A stretch of 64,000 bases of DNA from Octopus vulgaris (lineage: Eukaryota), in contig OX597815.1 of NCBI GenBank assembly GCA_951406725.2, positions 135,036,001 to 135,100,000 on the forward strand. Direction: 5' to 3'. The notes below the pieces were generated by a model. It worked only from the letters and a program-made list of their open reading frames with translations, did not search any database and had not been told where the DNA came from. The position numbers were made by a program, and so were the translations under genes. Of the stretch, positions 12,095 through 24,846 are shown in pieces. Every line of letters starts with the position of its first letter. The stretch's first letter is position 1.

Positions 12095-12303
12095 CAGCAG
12101 TATCTGATCAAATGTATTAATATCAGAAACAGAAGTGTCTGACTAAATGTGTTGATTGAAACAGTGAAGTGTCAGTGTTAATGCATTGAGATCAGAAACA
12201 GCAGTGTGTTAGATTAACTGTATTGAGATAAGAAGTGGTAGTGTATCAGAGTGAATGTGTTGATGTCAGAGGCAGAAATGAGTCAGACTAAATGTGTTGA
12301 AGT
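12095..12303. repeat. Degenerate ~35-37-bp minisatellite, about 6 units
   Basis: Approximate consensus CAGCAGTGTGTCAGACTAAATGTGTTGAGATCAGAAA, repeated head to tail. Confidence 0.7.
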
Positions 12304-13834
12304 AGTCACTCATATTCATTCATGCTCATTGAGTTCAACTTGCACTAAAACTAATTTTACCTTTCATCTATATAAAATAAGTATTAGTGATATTTGATTG
12401 AGTCAACTATTGATCCCCCTTTCTCTCTCCAATAATCATGAGACCTTGAGCCAATGTAAGGAAATCATTATTTTGATCAAAGCAATCCAAATACTTGTGT
12501 TTAACTCAAGCTGAGAATAAATGACCAAGAAAACAGAAAAGGTGGAGTGGGAGAAGTATTAGGCATGAAGAAGGTATGTTTGTGGCAGAAACACTGTGAA
12601 ATTTAATGTGATTACTTGTGTTACTTTGGAATCAACGGTCAATGCCCTCTTGATATCCCAAAAAAAAAAAAAAAAAAGAAAGAGAAAATGGAAGGTGGAA
12701 TGAGACAGATAAAAAGAGAGAGAGCAAAAAGGAGAGCAAGAAAAGGGTGAGAGACAAGGAAAGAGGAGAATATTGAGAAGATTCAAAACAATTCAACATC
12801 AAAACCCGGGTAAGTAGTATTGATATAAAAAGTTAACTAGAGTGGCATCAATTATTTTTCTTATTAATAGTAGAAGTTGTAAAATGCATTAATAATAGCA
12901 ATAACTATAAGAAGATGGAAATCAACAAACAGTAACAATAATGATGAGATGGGTTGTGATGATGAAGGATGATGGTGACAGCTTATGGCTAAGGATGTTA
13001 GATTACTACAATTAGGTAAGCTTTTAAGATGAAATCAGTCTGTTCCATTCATCTATCTATCTGGCTTTCTTTTCTCTGTGAGTCAATCAATTTTATTGTC
13101 TTTCTTAAATTGTACTGCACTTCTATCTACCTCATCATCACCATCATCATCATTTTTACACCTGTCTTTTTTTTCATGCTTCCATGGATTAGATAATCTT
13201 CTCCAGTACAACGTCTCATCATTTCACCTGGTCCTTGGTCATTTCTTTCATAAAGTCCAACTATTTTGAGATCAGCTTTCACTACATCTTTCTAAATCTG
13301 CCTCATTCCTCCACCACTGCTGGATCCTTACATTTAGATTGCTTGGCATCGCTTTATAAACTGTCATCTTCCATGTGTATCACATGACTATGCCATCACT
13401 GTTTTCTCTCTTGCATACAAATGATTCCTGTTATCTCTTCTTTTTTCACTGTCAATTTGGCTTTACATTCATATACACTAACATTATATGCAATGGAGTA
13501 TGTTTATGCATTTCTTTCCAGTCTTCACACATATTCTATATTCAACGCTTATGTTTCACAATAATGAAGTATTACAAAATTACATTTTGCACACAGATGT
13601 CTTACAGTCAGAAAAAAAATCCCTTTCTTGCAACCAGAAATAAACTGTTTACACAACATTCTTAATCTTGGTCACCTATCATATCTTAATCTTGGTCAAA
13701 CTATCAAATATATTTATGAAGTCTTCTAAGCAGTTACTTCACAAGTGCTCTGAGTACTAATAACTGCAATAACAATTCCTATCACCCCAGACCCCTTTTC
13801 TTATATACAAATATATATATATATATATTTATAA

Positions 13835-14740
13835 TTGATATAAACCATTGCTAAAGATCTCAAGGTTTCAGAAAGTACCATCAAAAGAGTTGTTTATGAA
13901 AACATCTGGTACAAGTTGTATATGTGTTGTATGAGTTGGAGTCAGATTAAGTTAAATGCATTGAGAGAGAATCATTTGATCCATGCAAAATGCTTGCTAA
14001 ACAAGTTAAAATACCAAGAGGCTGGAATACTTTCGTTTTCCTTTGATGAGAAAAAACTTTGATCAGTACCAAAAGGTAAATGGAAGGAATGACAGTTATG
14101 CAGAGACTGAACAAGGTTCCAACTGTCATGCATACTAAGTTCTCAGCAACTGTGATGGTTTTGGGAGCTGTCAGCAATGAGAGAGATATCGTGCCTCATT
14201 TTTTATTCACAGAGCTTAAGAGCCAATGCTGATGTCTACTCAGAGGTGTTAGAGAAAGTTTTGAGGCCCTGGATAGACAGAGTACACAACAGAAGACCAT
14301 ACATCTTCCAGCAAGACTCTGCTTCATTTCATAAGGCAATAACAACCTAAGCATGGATGTGTGCCAATCTCCAAGACTATGTTCTCTCAATGACATGGCC
14401 TCCTAGCTCACCAGATCTTAATCCACAGGACTATTACAAATGGAGCATACTCAAGAGGGAGGTCAATCAACACCTTTATAACATCACACAATTTCTCAAG
14501 TTTGCCATAACCAGTACTATGTCCAAAATTAATAATGATCATCTGATTTGGGTATGTCAAGGTTTCCAACCTCATACTGAAGCAGCCATTGATACTACTG
14601 GTGGATTCATTAGATAGGTGTGATAAAAGGATTCTCAAGATTATTTATATCAATTTGTTTTCAAATATAGTTTTTCTTTGATGAACTATGAGCCTTTTTC
14701 TAAATTCAAAGAAATGACCTTAAAAAATTGATGCACCCTG
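13835..14740 (+). mobile_element. maT/DD37D transposon, 5'-truncated and decayed
   Basis: DEK..VMHTKFSATVMVLGAVSNE..IFQQDSASFHKA..WPPSSPDLNPQDYYKWSIL; 37 codons between the second and third Asp; ends in ..GATGCACCCTG|TA. Confidence 0.9.
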
Positions 14741-15296
14741 TAAAGCGTGCACACACATTATTGGTTTATTTTAAGACTGCTTTTCCATGTTGACATGAGT
14801 TGCATAAAGACTGTTAAGGCAGTATTTTATGGCTCGATACCCTTTCTGTTGACAATCCCCACCTGTTTTTCAAATAAGGGATTTTTGCATTCCACCAATC
14901 ATCATAAATGAAAAGAGCAGAGCCACAAAATATAAACTTTACAGAGGATGTAAACATAGTAACACCATTTTTGCTCACACAATTTCATGTGAAGACATGT
15001 AGAATGTAAACACTTAAAAACACATGCTAGCATGCATACACAAACATGTATATGATGGGCTTCCAAACAGTTTCCTTGAACAAAGTTTACTCACAAGGCA
15101 TTAAACCTGAGGGTGTATATATATAAAAAATGTTACATGGCCAATATGCTACAAACTGGTTACAGTTTTGCTTGCATCTATTACCTGACCCTATATTGAG
15201 AGAGAGAGATGTATACACAGACAAAGCTATATATGCTTATTGTAGTTAAACAATGACTGAAAAATTAACTGTGTTGTATTCTTTTCTGTGATCAGT

Positions 15297-16280
15297 AGGC
15301 ACCATTCCCCAAGAATACAAGAATGCTACAGTTATTCATGTGTTTAAGAAGAAAAGTAGTGGCAGTTACAGAGGTATTTCTATCCTGTCAAATGCTGACA
15401 AAACTTTGGCAAGAATACACCTGAATTGCTCCTGTTGTTATCTCACCACTAACAATTTCCTATTAGAAAGCCAATGTAGGTTTTGTCATAAAAGGGTACT
15501 GTTGGCATGATCTTTGCAGTAAGACAGATCTAGAAGTGTATAGAACAGAATCAGGCTCTCTTGTGCGTAACATCTGTTCATAACACTAATGCATTTAAGT
15601 CAGTGTGTTGTGATGGGTTGTGGAGAATCAAAGACCACCAATTTCAGGATGGCATACTAGGAAGTGTTATGAGCAATGGAGATATATTTTTTTCGTTTTA
15701 TGCTACAAATGTTGTGGAAACTGTATCATGAAAATTGTTTGTAAACAATTGTCCAGATACAATTATTTGTAAATAATCATTCGAAAAACTGTTATTCGAA
15801 ATAAATATCATTTGTGTACTTGATTTTTAATTTTATCATTTTTGTTTAAATAAAATAAAAAATTTAGAATAATTAACATTTTGTATAATTGTCCTTTTGA
15901 TTAATTTTCATTCATACAATTTTCTATTCAAATAAATATTTTTTGAATAATTGTATCTGAACAATTATTTTAGAACAATGTTCCCATAATTGTGGAAATA
16001 GTGTTGTATCTCAGCATCTACTCTTTTCAACATTATATTTTCTGTGATACTGCTAGAGGCCTGCTGAACACTTCTATCTGGATTGACGTTAGGTACTGAT
16101 CTGATGACAAACTGTGTAGTCCTCACAAATTGCAGGTAAAAACAAAAGTTGGCCTACAAAGTGTTTGTGAATTGCTGTTTGTAGACAATTGTGAATTGCT
16201 TATGCCATATGAGTCCAGCATGGAAACAAAAGTCCATCAATTCTCAAGGTCCTGCAACAACTTTGGCTTTACTATCAGTA
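15297..16280 (+). mobile_element. RTE-clade LINE RT fragment interrupted by a MITE
   Basis: GTIPQEYKNATVIHVFKKK..YRGISILS..KTLARI..ESQCRF..MIFAVRQI..; after the insertion, TLFNIIFS..ELLFVDNCELL (FADD equivalent)..FSRSCNNFGFTIS. Confidence 0.9.
15721..15989. mobile_element. AT-rich MITE with 9-bp TSD (Mutator-like)
   Basis: TTGTGGAAA at 15712-15720 and 15990-15998; imperfect ~45-bp inverted ends sharing AATTGTYCAGATACAATTATT; splits an otherwise colinear RTE RT segment. Confidence 0.75.
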
Positions 16281-16290
16281 CACGCACACG

Positions 16291-16369
<79 letters not shown>

Positions 16370-17125
16370 GTCTCTGGCTAGATTGATTTAACACATACCC
16401 ATGCATATCAAAATCATATAAATTAAGGAAGAAAACATATTGATATAACCACATTTTTCAGTTCAGTCTTATTCCAGGAGGTGCACACTGAGCATATTCT
16501 GAACTGGTTCATGCAGTACTTCTGCTTATGCATGCATACACACACACACACACGTAAAGAGGTTCAGAAGTAGATGGAGAGATAAAAAGTTGGGAACAGA
16601 AGCAAAAAATGCTCAAAAAAGGAAGCAGTTTACTGCTGTGTTCTTCATATCTGTAAACTCCCAACTTTAATAATTTCTCACATAACTAATCAATTTACTT
16701 ACTTTAACTGTATGTGATTTATGATTCTCTGACCATAATCATATTGATTACCTGTGCCTTATTTTAGCACATTGTTCTCATCTTAATTATTTTAATATCA
16801 CTTTTATCTAGGTGTTTTCCTATATCCTTTTTATCATCATATTAAAGGCAGCACTAGTCTACAAATATATAGTCATAAACTTTCACCTCTTTGAAGATTT
16901 CTTCTGTTCTTCACTTTTTATCTCTCCATCTTTAGTATATAAATATATAATAGATTACTCTGTTCCTGATCTGTCGTTATTTGTGGCTATATCTGTTAAC
17001 AATAGCTTTAATCTTCAGGAACTAATAAGTCAGTCTTTATCTATAGTTCTCCCACTTGAGTGTATTTCTGATAACCTTCTGTTTATAACTTATTTCTTTG
17101 CCTTCTATATCCTTCCCTCCTTATA

Positions 17126-18414
17126 TTGGGTCATCCCATAATTAATGCATTTTTTTATACTTCTTTTATTTTTCAAAATTAACATAAAGTTCTTTCTTAA
17201 TCTAAAATATGCTCTCCTTCATTTTCTACAATACTCTTTCATCTATCTAGTAGACTTTCAAGGCCCCTCTTTCAAAATTCACTTGTCCCTGACAAAAAAG
17301 TACTCCTCCAGTACTGTTCTGACCTTGTCTACAGAATCCATATTTTTTCTGTCCAAATGATTTTGAAAACTGCGGAATAAAGGATATCAGAGGGGGCAAA
17401 GTCCAGCAAATGTGGAGGGTGGGACATTGTTTCCCATTCAAACTGGTCCAGCCTATGAAATGTCATCCTTGCTGTATGTGGCTGAGCATTATTATCCTGA
17501 TGGAAGAACAACTTTTATCTTGAAACCAAAGATGGTCATTTTACTTCTAGAGCTGACTTAAACCGCTCAAGCTGCTCACAGTAGATCTACCTTATCATTT
17601 GGTTTGAGCTTAAAAGTTCAAGGTGGACTAAACCTTTCATATCCCTCCAAAAGAATAACAACACCTTAAATGAGTGAAGACCTTCTTTAGCCTGAGATGC
17701 TGGTGTTTCTCCTTTCCCTACCCACTGTCTTTGGCGCTTGACATTTTTATAGAGAACCTAATTCTTGTCACCAGTCACTATTCGTTCCCCCCACCCCTCC
17801 CAAAAAGAAGGTGACAGCAAAGAAGAACACATATTCACTCTCTGTGTGCGACTAGACTCAGAAAGTTTGTGAAGAACTCACTGACTCAATTTGTTGAGTT
17901 TTCCCATGACATGCTGGTGTCGCTGAGTGGTTGAATGATCAAATCCAAGCTTCTTTGCTAGTTCCTCAACAGTTACGATGGTATTTTGTCCCTCCAGGGT
18001 TTTCAGGATGTCCTTGTCAAGCTCTAAAGATCTGGGACAAGGCTCATCTTCTAGGCTGTAAGCTTCCAGCTCAAAATTTCTGGAACCACTGTTGACATTG
18101 TCTTAAGTTTATTGTCCAATCACCATATACTGAATTAATATTCCTTGGACTTTCTGTTGCCTTGTTGTCTTTATTGAACTCCTAAAGCAAAATATGCTGA
18201 ATATGCTCCTTTGTCACTTCCATTATAGCTTTGAAAAAATAACTGTTAAAATCGAACTGCATTCTTCAAAATTTGCACTAAGAATAAGGACAAGGTAAAA
18301 TTACTACCTGCTTTTATAGCAAGGTGATGCAGGTAGTTTATCCCATCCCCTTCCAACTTTTAGTTCATGCAATTGAAAGAAGAAAAAAAACACATAATTT
18401 ATGGGATGACTGAA
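17126..18414 (-). mobile_element. Full-length (1289 bp) decayed mariner DD34D element
   Basis: TA-flanked TIRs TTGGGTCATCCCATAA / TTATGGGATGACTGAA; FHQDNNAQPHTARMT..WETMSHPPHLLDFAPSD (cf. HDNARPH..YSPDLAPSD). Confidence 0.92.
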
Positions 18415-19357
18415 TATTTAAAAGACTAAATTTTGCTATGAAAACCAGTATCTAGTTTGATGCTATCTTTGTAACTAAATCCCAAGAAATAATCAGTAGA
18501 ACTTTCCTTTAATACTGTATGAACATTTAACCTACTGTGTTGATTAATGTAAAAAATTCCACTGATAATTGATACAATCATCACTGATTAAAAAATGTAA
18601 TACTGTCATCTTCAATCTTATTGTTTGTTTAGAACATAAATATAGAATACAAATATTTTATGATGAATGTACCAGCTTCATAATTAGTACTTTTCCTAGG
18701 ATTTACAGTCTCTCTGCGATGTCATTTGGATTTACAGAATACTTTTTCTGATTTTCTTGCCCATACATTTGGAGTGCTGACTTGGTATTTGTCTGAATTT
18801 CCTAAATCCTTATTCCCTCTAGTACACACACACATGTATATATGCTGTGTATATAGTGTATGTATATACTCAGAATGTGGGTGTGAACAAGGATGACAGA
18901 TTCATGCTCTATAATGACACTTTCAAGAAACAGTTTATAACAATTTTCAATGTATTTGGCCTCTGTATGAAGGTGAGATGTCAAATTTAAGCTTCCTGGA
19001 TATAACAATTTACCTAGTCTCTGTGGCCACAGGAGTCATCCAAATATAGCAAACTCCACAAATACAGGAAAAAGACAGTATGGTCACAGATGGGATGTTT
19101 TTAATCATAAATCTGGTTGATCTGCACTAGAGGTAACCAACAATGACAAAAAGAGTACCCCGTCCTAACTGATAAACACCACATAACTAAATCTATGGTG
19201 TCTTATAGTCTCTGATGACATTTCATGGCAACAATGCAATAATTATATTAACAAAGCAGTATTCTTAAGGATAGATTTTCACATTAGAATATGAAAAGGT
19301 TTTATATCAAAATAGTTGCTGACTTTCCTCAAGTCGTAGGTTTATCTCCCTTTAGAG

Positions 19358-19543
19358 CAGTGCTCCGCAACCTTTTTCCCCTTGTGGTACACATATATTC
19401 TTTTCAAAATTTGACAGCACACCTGAACTAAAAACATATCTAAAAGTAGAGGGGAAAAAATTATATTCAGGTTACACTGTGGCACACCTAGCATCATCTT
19501 GTGGAACACCAGTGTGCTGTGATATACTGGTTGCAGAGCATTG
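19358..19543. mobile_element. hAT (Charlie/Buster-type) MITE
   Basis: TIRs CAGTGCTCCGCAACC / GGTTGCAGAGCATTG; 8-bp TSD CTTTAGAG / CTTTAGAA. Confidence 0.9.
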
Positions 19544-19652
19544 CTTTAGAATACTGACACCATGAGGCATCCATCCACCCATTCAGCCATACATACAGAT
19601 GCATATTTATATATATATCCAGCACTGTATTACCTTCACCTCTAGCCTAAGC

Positions 19653-20045
19653 AAAATTAATTTAATTTTTTTGGTTCACAAAGTAAAAGCAAGGCCATGT
19701 AGGGGACGGCATCTTCACTATCTCGTCCGGCAGCTTATTCCACGAATCCGCAACCCGGATGAGAAAGCCCCTCTCCTTCGATTGAGATGAAATCGTCGCA
19801 GATAGAGCTTTTTGGAGTGACCCCGCAGCCCACACTCTGGAGCAGGAGTGAAGAACAGCTCTTTCGAGAGGTTACACTTTCCACTTATGATGTTGCGAGC
19901 GAGAATGAGATCACCACGGCGGCGGCATTTATCGAGAGAATAAAGGTCAAGCGTCTTCAGCCTTTCTTCATAGGACAAATGCTTGAGACCAAGAACCATG
20001 CGGGTAGCCAGCTTCCGAACTCTTTCGAGATGATGTATGTCACCA
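19653..20045 (-). mobile_element. CR1-clade LINE 3' end, 5'-truncated, relatively young
   Basis: DIHHLERVRKLATRMVLGLKHLSYEERLKTLDLYSLDKCRRRGDLI..LRGHSKKL..RRGAFS is a typical CR1 ORF2 C-terminus; open frame and CpG retained. Confidence 0.93.
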
Positions 20046-20709
20046 ATGATGAAGGTCACCAAATATTCTCTTACCAGAACACTACAATCACAAGCATAAT
20101 AACTTTCTGTATTGTTCACTTGTATTTTGTATTACTATTCCAACAGTCTCTTTTTCTGTGGAATTTAAAATTTTTTACCATGCACCTATCCACATCCTAC
20201 TCATCCTTGCTGTTGTAATCATTGTACTCCAAAACTGCATCTCCCGAGAACATTTTCTCAATATATTCAACTTACACTAAATAGTGACCAACAGATTTAA
20301 AGAATTTCAAGCTAGACAGCAACAGTCATATCGATCAACACTGCTTGGAAGGGATTGCAAAAAGTCACATTCACTGTTCTTGCTCATTAAATCAAATAAT
20401 GAAAAATACACACATGCAGAGGATTGGGTTTGGTGTCATAGGTGAAGAACTTTTAACCTAAAGATTCTGTGCAGAAAACCCTAAAGCAACAAACATTGAA
20501 CTGGTCTTTAATTATATGAATAAAATATTTTTAACCAGTTGAGAAGCAAGAACTAGATTAATATGCATCATTGGAGAGAGTAGGATAAAGTATTGGTGTG
20601 TGTGATGGGTTGAGACTGGTAAATATATTTGGCTCAAAAACTAATTCTTATTAAAAAAAAAACAAAAAACAAAACAAAACAAAGTTAATGAAAAAAGCAA
20701 TATAGTTAC

Positions 20710-20817
20710 CATGGGCATGCTGTTGGAGGATTCCTCCATGATATCCGGGCTCTGTTTGCAGGTTGTCCCCACTTCGGAGGTGCCATTTGGCTTCAACGTA
20801 TCGGTACGTGTAGTCAT
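20710..20817 (-). CDS. Putative first coding exon (whole exon 20861-20710) of an unidentified host gene; MTTRTDTLKPNGTSEVGTTCKQSPDIMEESSNSMPM, phase 0
   Basis: Strong acceptor TTCGTTTTTCTTTTTTGCAG|ATC (exon starts 20861); donor ATG|GTAACT (20709); GC/CpG-rich non-repetitive island; AAAAATG context with an in-frame TGA two codons upstream. A second frame from ATG 20824 is also open, so the frame is uncertain. Confidence 0.65.
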
Positions 20818-20947
20818 TTTTCATAGTAAACCCGTTTCATACAACACTAATACGTGAAGATCTGCAAAAAAGAAAAACGAACAATTCAAAAGATGAATAC
20901 CAGCAACAAAACAATAGGCATATAAACAGTAAATAGTAACAATGTAA

Positions 20948-20989
<42 letters not shown>

Positions 20990-20992
<3 letters not shown>

Positions 20993-21167
20993 GTAGGAGT
21001 GGCTGTGTGGTGTAGCTTGCTTACCAACCACATGGTTTCGGGTTCAGTCACACTGCATGGCATCTTGGGCAAGTGTCTTCTACTATAGCTTTGGGCTGAC
21101 CAAAGCCTTGTGAGTGGATTTGGTAGATGGAAACTGAAAGAAGCCTGACGTATATATGTAAATATAC

Positions 21168-21215
<48 letters not shown>

Positions 21216-21400
21216 CTATGTTTGTCCCCCCAACATTGCTTGACAACTGATGCTGGGTTGTTTACATCCCCATAACTTAGCGGTTCAGCAAAAGAGACCG
21301 ATAGAATAAGTACTAGGCTTACAATTCACTCGACTAAAGGCGATGCTCCAGCATGGCCACAGTCAAATGACTGAAACAAGTAAAAGAGTAAAGAGTAAGA
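20990..21400 (+). mobile_element. tRNA-derived SINE family A, near full length, with internal (TA)n(TG)n
   Basis: Head with A-box-like TGGCTGTGTGG and B-box-like GGTTCAGTC; tail TGACTGAAACAAGTAAAAGAGTAAAGAG; near-identical copies elsewhere in the window. tRNA-derived SINEs (OK/OR1/OR2) are known from octopus, but the exact family cannot be assigned here. Confidence 0.9.
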
Positions 21401-22133
21401 GTATATATATATATATATATAGGATAAATCATTATTAGCATGGGTTGGACAGCTTGAGAGGATCCAATGGGTTCAAGGAGTGCACTGTGCTCAAAAGTCA
21501 GTTTTGTTATGGTTTCTACAGCTGAATGCCCTTCTTAATGCCAACCACTCTACAGAGTATACCAAGTGCTTTTTTTCATGCCACAGGCACTAGTGAGGTT
21601 GCCATGCAGTTTTCAAGGTTATGCATCAGTAGGGAGTTTGGGTGGTTTTATGTTGGGAGATAATGGGTTAGAGCATGAGAGAAGAGAGGAAATAGAAAAG
21701 GTTCTCATTGTAGAGGATCTGCATAACTGATCACATTTAGAAGCAGGAGAATGAATAATCAGTAGTAGTTGCAAAGAGATACATAGTGGTGATTAGGTAT
21801 CTTTTCAAGGTAAGTGGAAGTGAGTGAGGACAGAGGAACTAGGAGTGTGGGTGAGTGAGAGTTTGCAAAAGTGTATGAGGGAGTAAGAGATGGAGGCATA
21901 GGAGAGGGGAAGAAAGTTAGGTAACAATGTAAAAACTGAGTAGATTCGAAAAATGAATAAGGGGTGGAGAATGAACACTGATGCAGGAGTTGAGGAAGAT
22001 AGAGGGATGCAAAAGAGAATATTGGGTAAAAGGGGGATAGCAGCAGGACAGTAATGATGATACAATTAGAGGGGAATGATAAGGGAGAAGAGATGGCTAG
22101 TTGTATAAGCTGAAGTGGGAGGAAGGGAGAGAA

Positions 22134-22137
<4 letters not shown>

Positions 22138-22216
<79 letters not shown>
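22138..22216. repeat. (GA)n microsatellite ending a long purine-rich tract
   Basis: About 35 GA units. Dozens of other (TA)n, (CA)n, (GA)n, (CAT)n and (TAT)n tracts occur across the window. Confidence 0.95.
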
Positions 22217-22218
<2 letters not shown>

Positions 22219-24623
22219 CAGGTGTAGTGTATGGCTCAGTGAGGGTGGAAAATTCTCAATGTTTTTATTTTATTTAAAACACAGAATCATATATCAGTTC
22301 ATTTCTATGTAAGAACCATTGAATAACCTCTTATAATATTTTATATCAGATGATCACTAATAACTATTAAACAAACTTCTTGTAATAACAGTTGATCACT
22401 ATGTAATAACTCATTAATTAAATAATCTTTTGCAATAATACATATCAGCTGGTCAATATGTAATAACCCTTTCTCACCTGGTATATGCTATGAAAATATG
22501 TATATAATATTCAAATTCTATTCAGCTATTAAATCCATCTTTAAAGATAGCGAAATAGGAAAATCATTAGAGCATTGCAGTATGTCTTCTGGCTCTTTAC
22601 ATTCTGAGTTCAAATCCTGCAAAAACCAACTTTGCCTTTTATCCCACTGGAGTCAATAAAATAAAGTACCAGTCATATAATGAGGTTGGTGGTATCAACT
22701 AATACCCTCCTCTCAAAATTACTGACTTTATGCCTAAATTAGGAACAATTAAATCCACTTTAGCTTGTCTCAATGCATAAGCATCATAACAGCTCTTATG
22801 GCTAGTTGGCCAAAATTGAGCTACATATATGTTCAAATATTTCATTAACGAAAAAAAAAAAGTAAAGAAAAGAATGTATGTCAATCAACATTTTAAATCT
22901 GCTTCTCCACACTTGCATGGGTCAGATTGGTGACCAATCATCTCAGCTCTTGTCACAGTTCCCTGTCATCTGATATCTACAGCAACAGATAAAATTACCA
23001 TGTTTTCTTTTGATCTGATTTTTATAACTGGATGCTCTTTCCTTACCAAACACTTTACAACTCAAAACTGACTGCATTTCATCAAGCCACTGATGCTACA
23101 CATAATCAGTTTTTGCTTGAAGTTACAGATTACTGATCTTCTAGACTGGTTGCCAACACTGCTGCCAACACAGTCCACATTTCCACCATTGATTACTTCT
23201 TTTTTTTTTGTTTTTGGCTTGGATTTTACAGTTGAAAATCCTTCCTATCACCAGCTACTTTAAAGCATAAACTGAAGACAATTTATTGTGCCATCTGCAC
23301 CAGAGATGTCTGTGCTCTCTTAGATGGGTTACTTTGGCTGCAGTTTGCAAAACTTACATTTCCCATGTCAATGTAGAGAAATTGATCACTATATAATTTT
23401 ACTAATAGTAGAGACCATTAACAACAAAGCTAATGTGAGAAATTTTGTTCAGTGTAGCCGCCATAGCAAATCCACACCATTTTTTTTATGTGTGAGATTT
23501 TAAAATGCCATACTTTACAATAAAGATAGGATAGACAGGCAGAAAAACATTATTGATATGATTTATCTGATCAACTTTCTCTGCAATAGTAAGACAGAGT
23601 GACCAAATCTACTCAACAAAAGCACTAGTAATGTCAACAAACAGCAATAATTAGAAGAACAGCAATGTCAATCATCGATGTTATTGTAGTGAAGAAGAAC
23701 ATTTCGGAATACTGGAGATAAAAGATATTAGGCCAGATGTCTAGGGTGTTCTGACCTTCAATTTCCTCCAGGAATAGTGTGCCCATTATCCAATATGAGT
23801 TTCTTTTAAAATGATATGCTATGGCTTCTGAGAAACTTGGCTGCTATTTCCAACAAGTCGAGCATCTGTATAGAGGTTTCTTCATTGGCTTCAGTGACTT
23901 TAGTGAACCAAGATAATAGTATCATCGATCATATGAGAAGCAGTTACCCAATATCATAACCTGAGTTGTAGTTATAGTTATTTGCTAGGGTGGACTTACA
24001 TTATAGCATCAGTCCTAATTGCTACAGTAAGCTGACACCATGGCAATGGTCCTAGCAGTCAATGTGGACTGATATCCTTATCACTAATCATAATGGCTCA
24101 TATACACTGAAATATAGCATCAGTAACCAGCTACTAAGGAGGATATAAATCAGAGCTTTAATCATTACTCTGATTTATATCAGTAGGATGGCATCATAAT
24201 AGCAGTCATAGTTTCATAGAGACGCCCTATACATATATACATCAACAGGTATAAAGTTCAGCTTCACACCGTATGCAAGTAAAAACTTGGAGACGTAAAT
24301 ACAATACACAAAAACAATAACATGTTTTGAGACACCAAAACACACACACACACTAATAAGCATACTTAAACACACTGATACATGTACACAATCAGTATGT
24401 TCAAATACACGCATGTATACACATGCATAATCTATAAATTAAGATACTTTTGAAACTATTTGCTTTGACAGTGAATAATTTAAAAGTGGGTGTGTTGAAT
24501 GGGGCAGTTCTGATTGAGTAGATTTATGATCAAAGATAGTTCAGCTAAGGCCATTTTGTCTTTTCTGAAGTGCAGAGAAGTCAGGACTATATTATCCAAA
24601 GTACAATTCTAAGATGGTATTGT

Positions 24624-24846
24624 AAGGCGGTGAACTGGCAGAAACGTTAGCACACCGGGCGAAATGCTTAGCGGTGATTCGTCTGCTGCTATGTTATGAG
24701 TTCAAATTCCGCCGGGGTCAACTTTGCCTTTCATCCTTTCGGGGTCGATTAAATAAGTACCAGATACGCACTGAGGTCAATGTAATCGACTCAATCCGTT
24801 TATTTGTCCTCCCTGTGTTTAGCCCCTTGTGGGTAGTAAAGAAATA
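24624..24846 (+). mobile_element. tRNA-derived SINE family B, young copy inserted in an older repeat
   Basis: AAGGCGGTGAACTGGCAGAAACGTTAG..GAGTTCAAATTCC (B box)..TTGCCTTTCATCCTTTCGGGGTCGAT; TSD GGTATTGT at 24616-24623 and 24847-24854. Older copies at ~11887-12072, 22545-22752, 26022-26236 (-) and 28396-28760. Confidence 0.9.

Noticed and set aside
12095-12303. CRISPR-like periodicity
   Set aside because: Eukaryotic context, degenerate contiguous units, no unique spacers and no cas genes.
20710-20824. Idea that the phase-1 frame (..QQHAH-G) precedes a Pax paired domain, or that YHGGI is an SH2 start
   Set aside because: No downstream exon in the window supports either; no gene symbol assigned.
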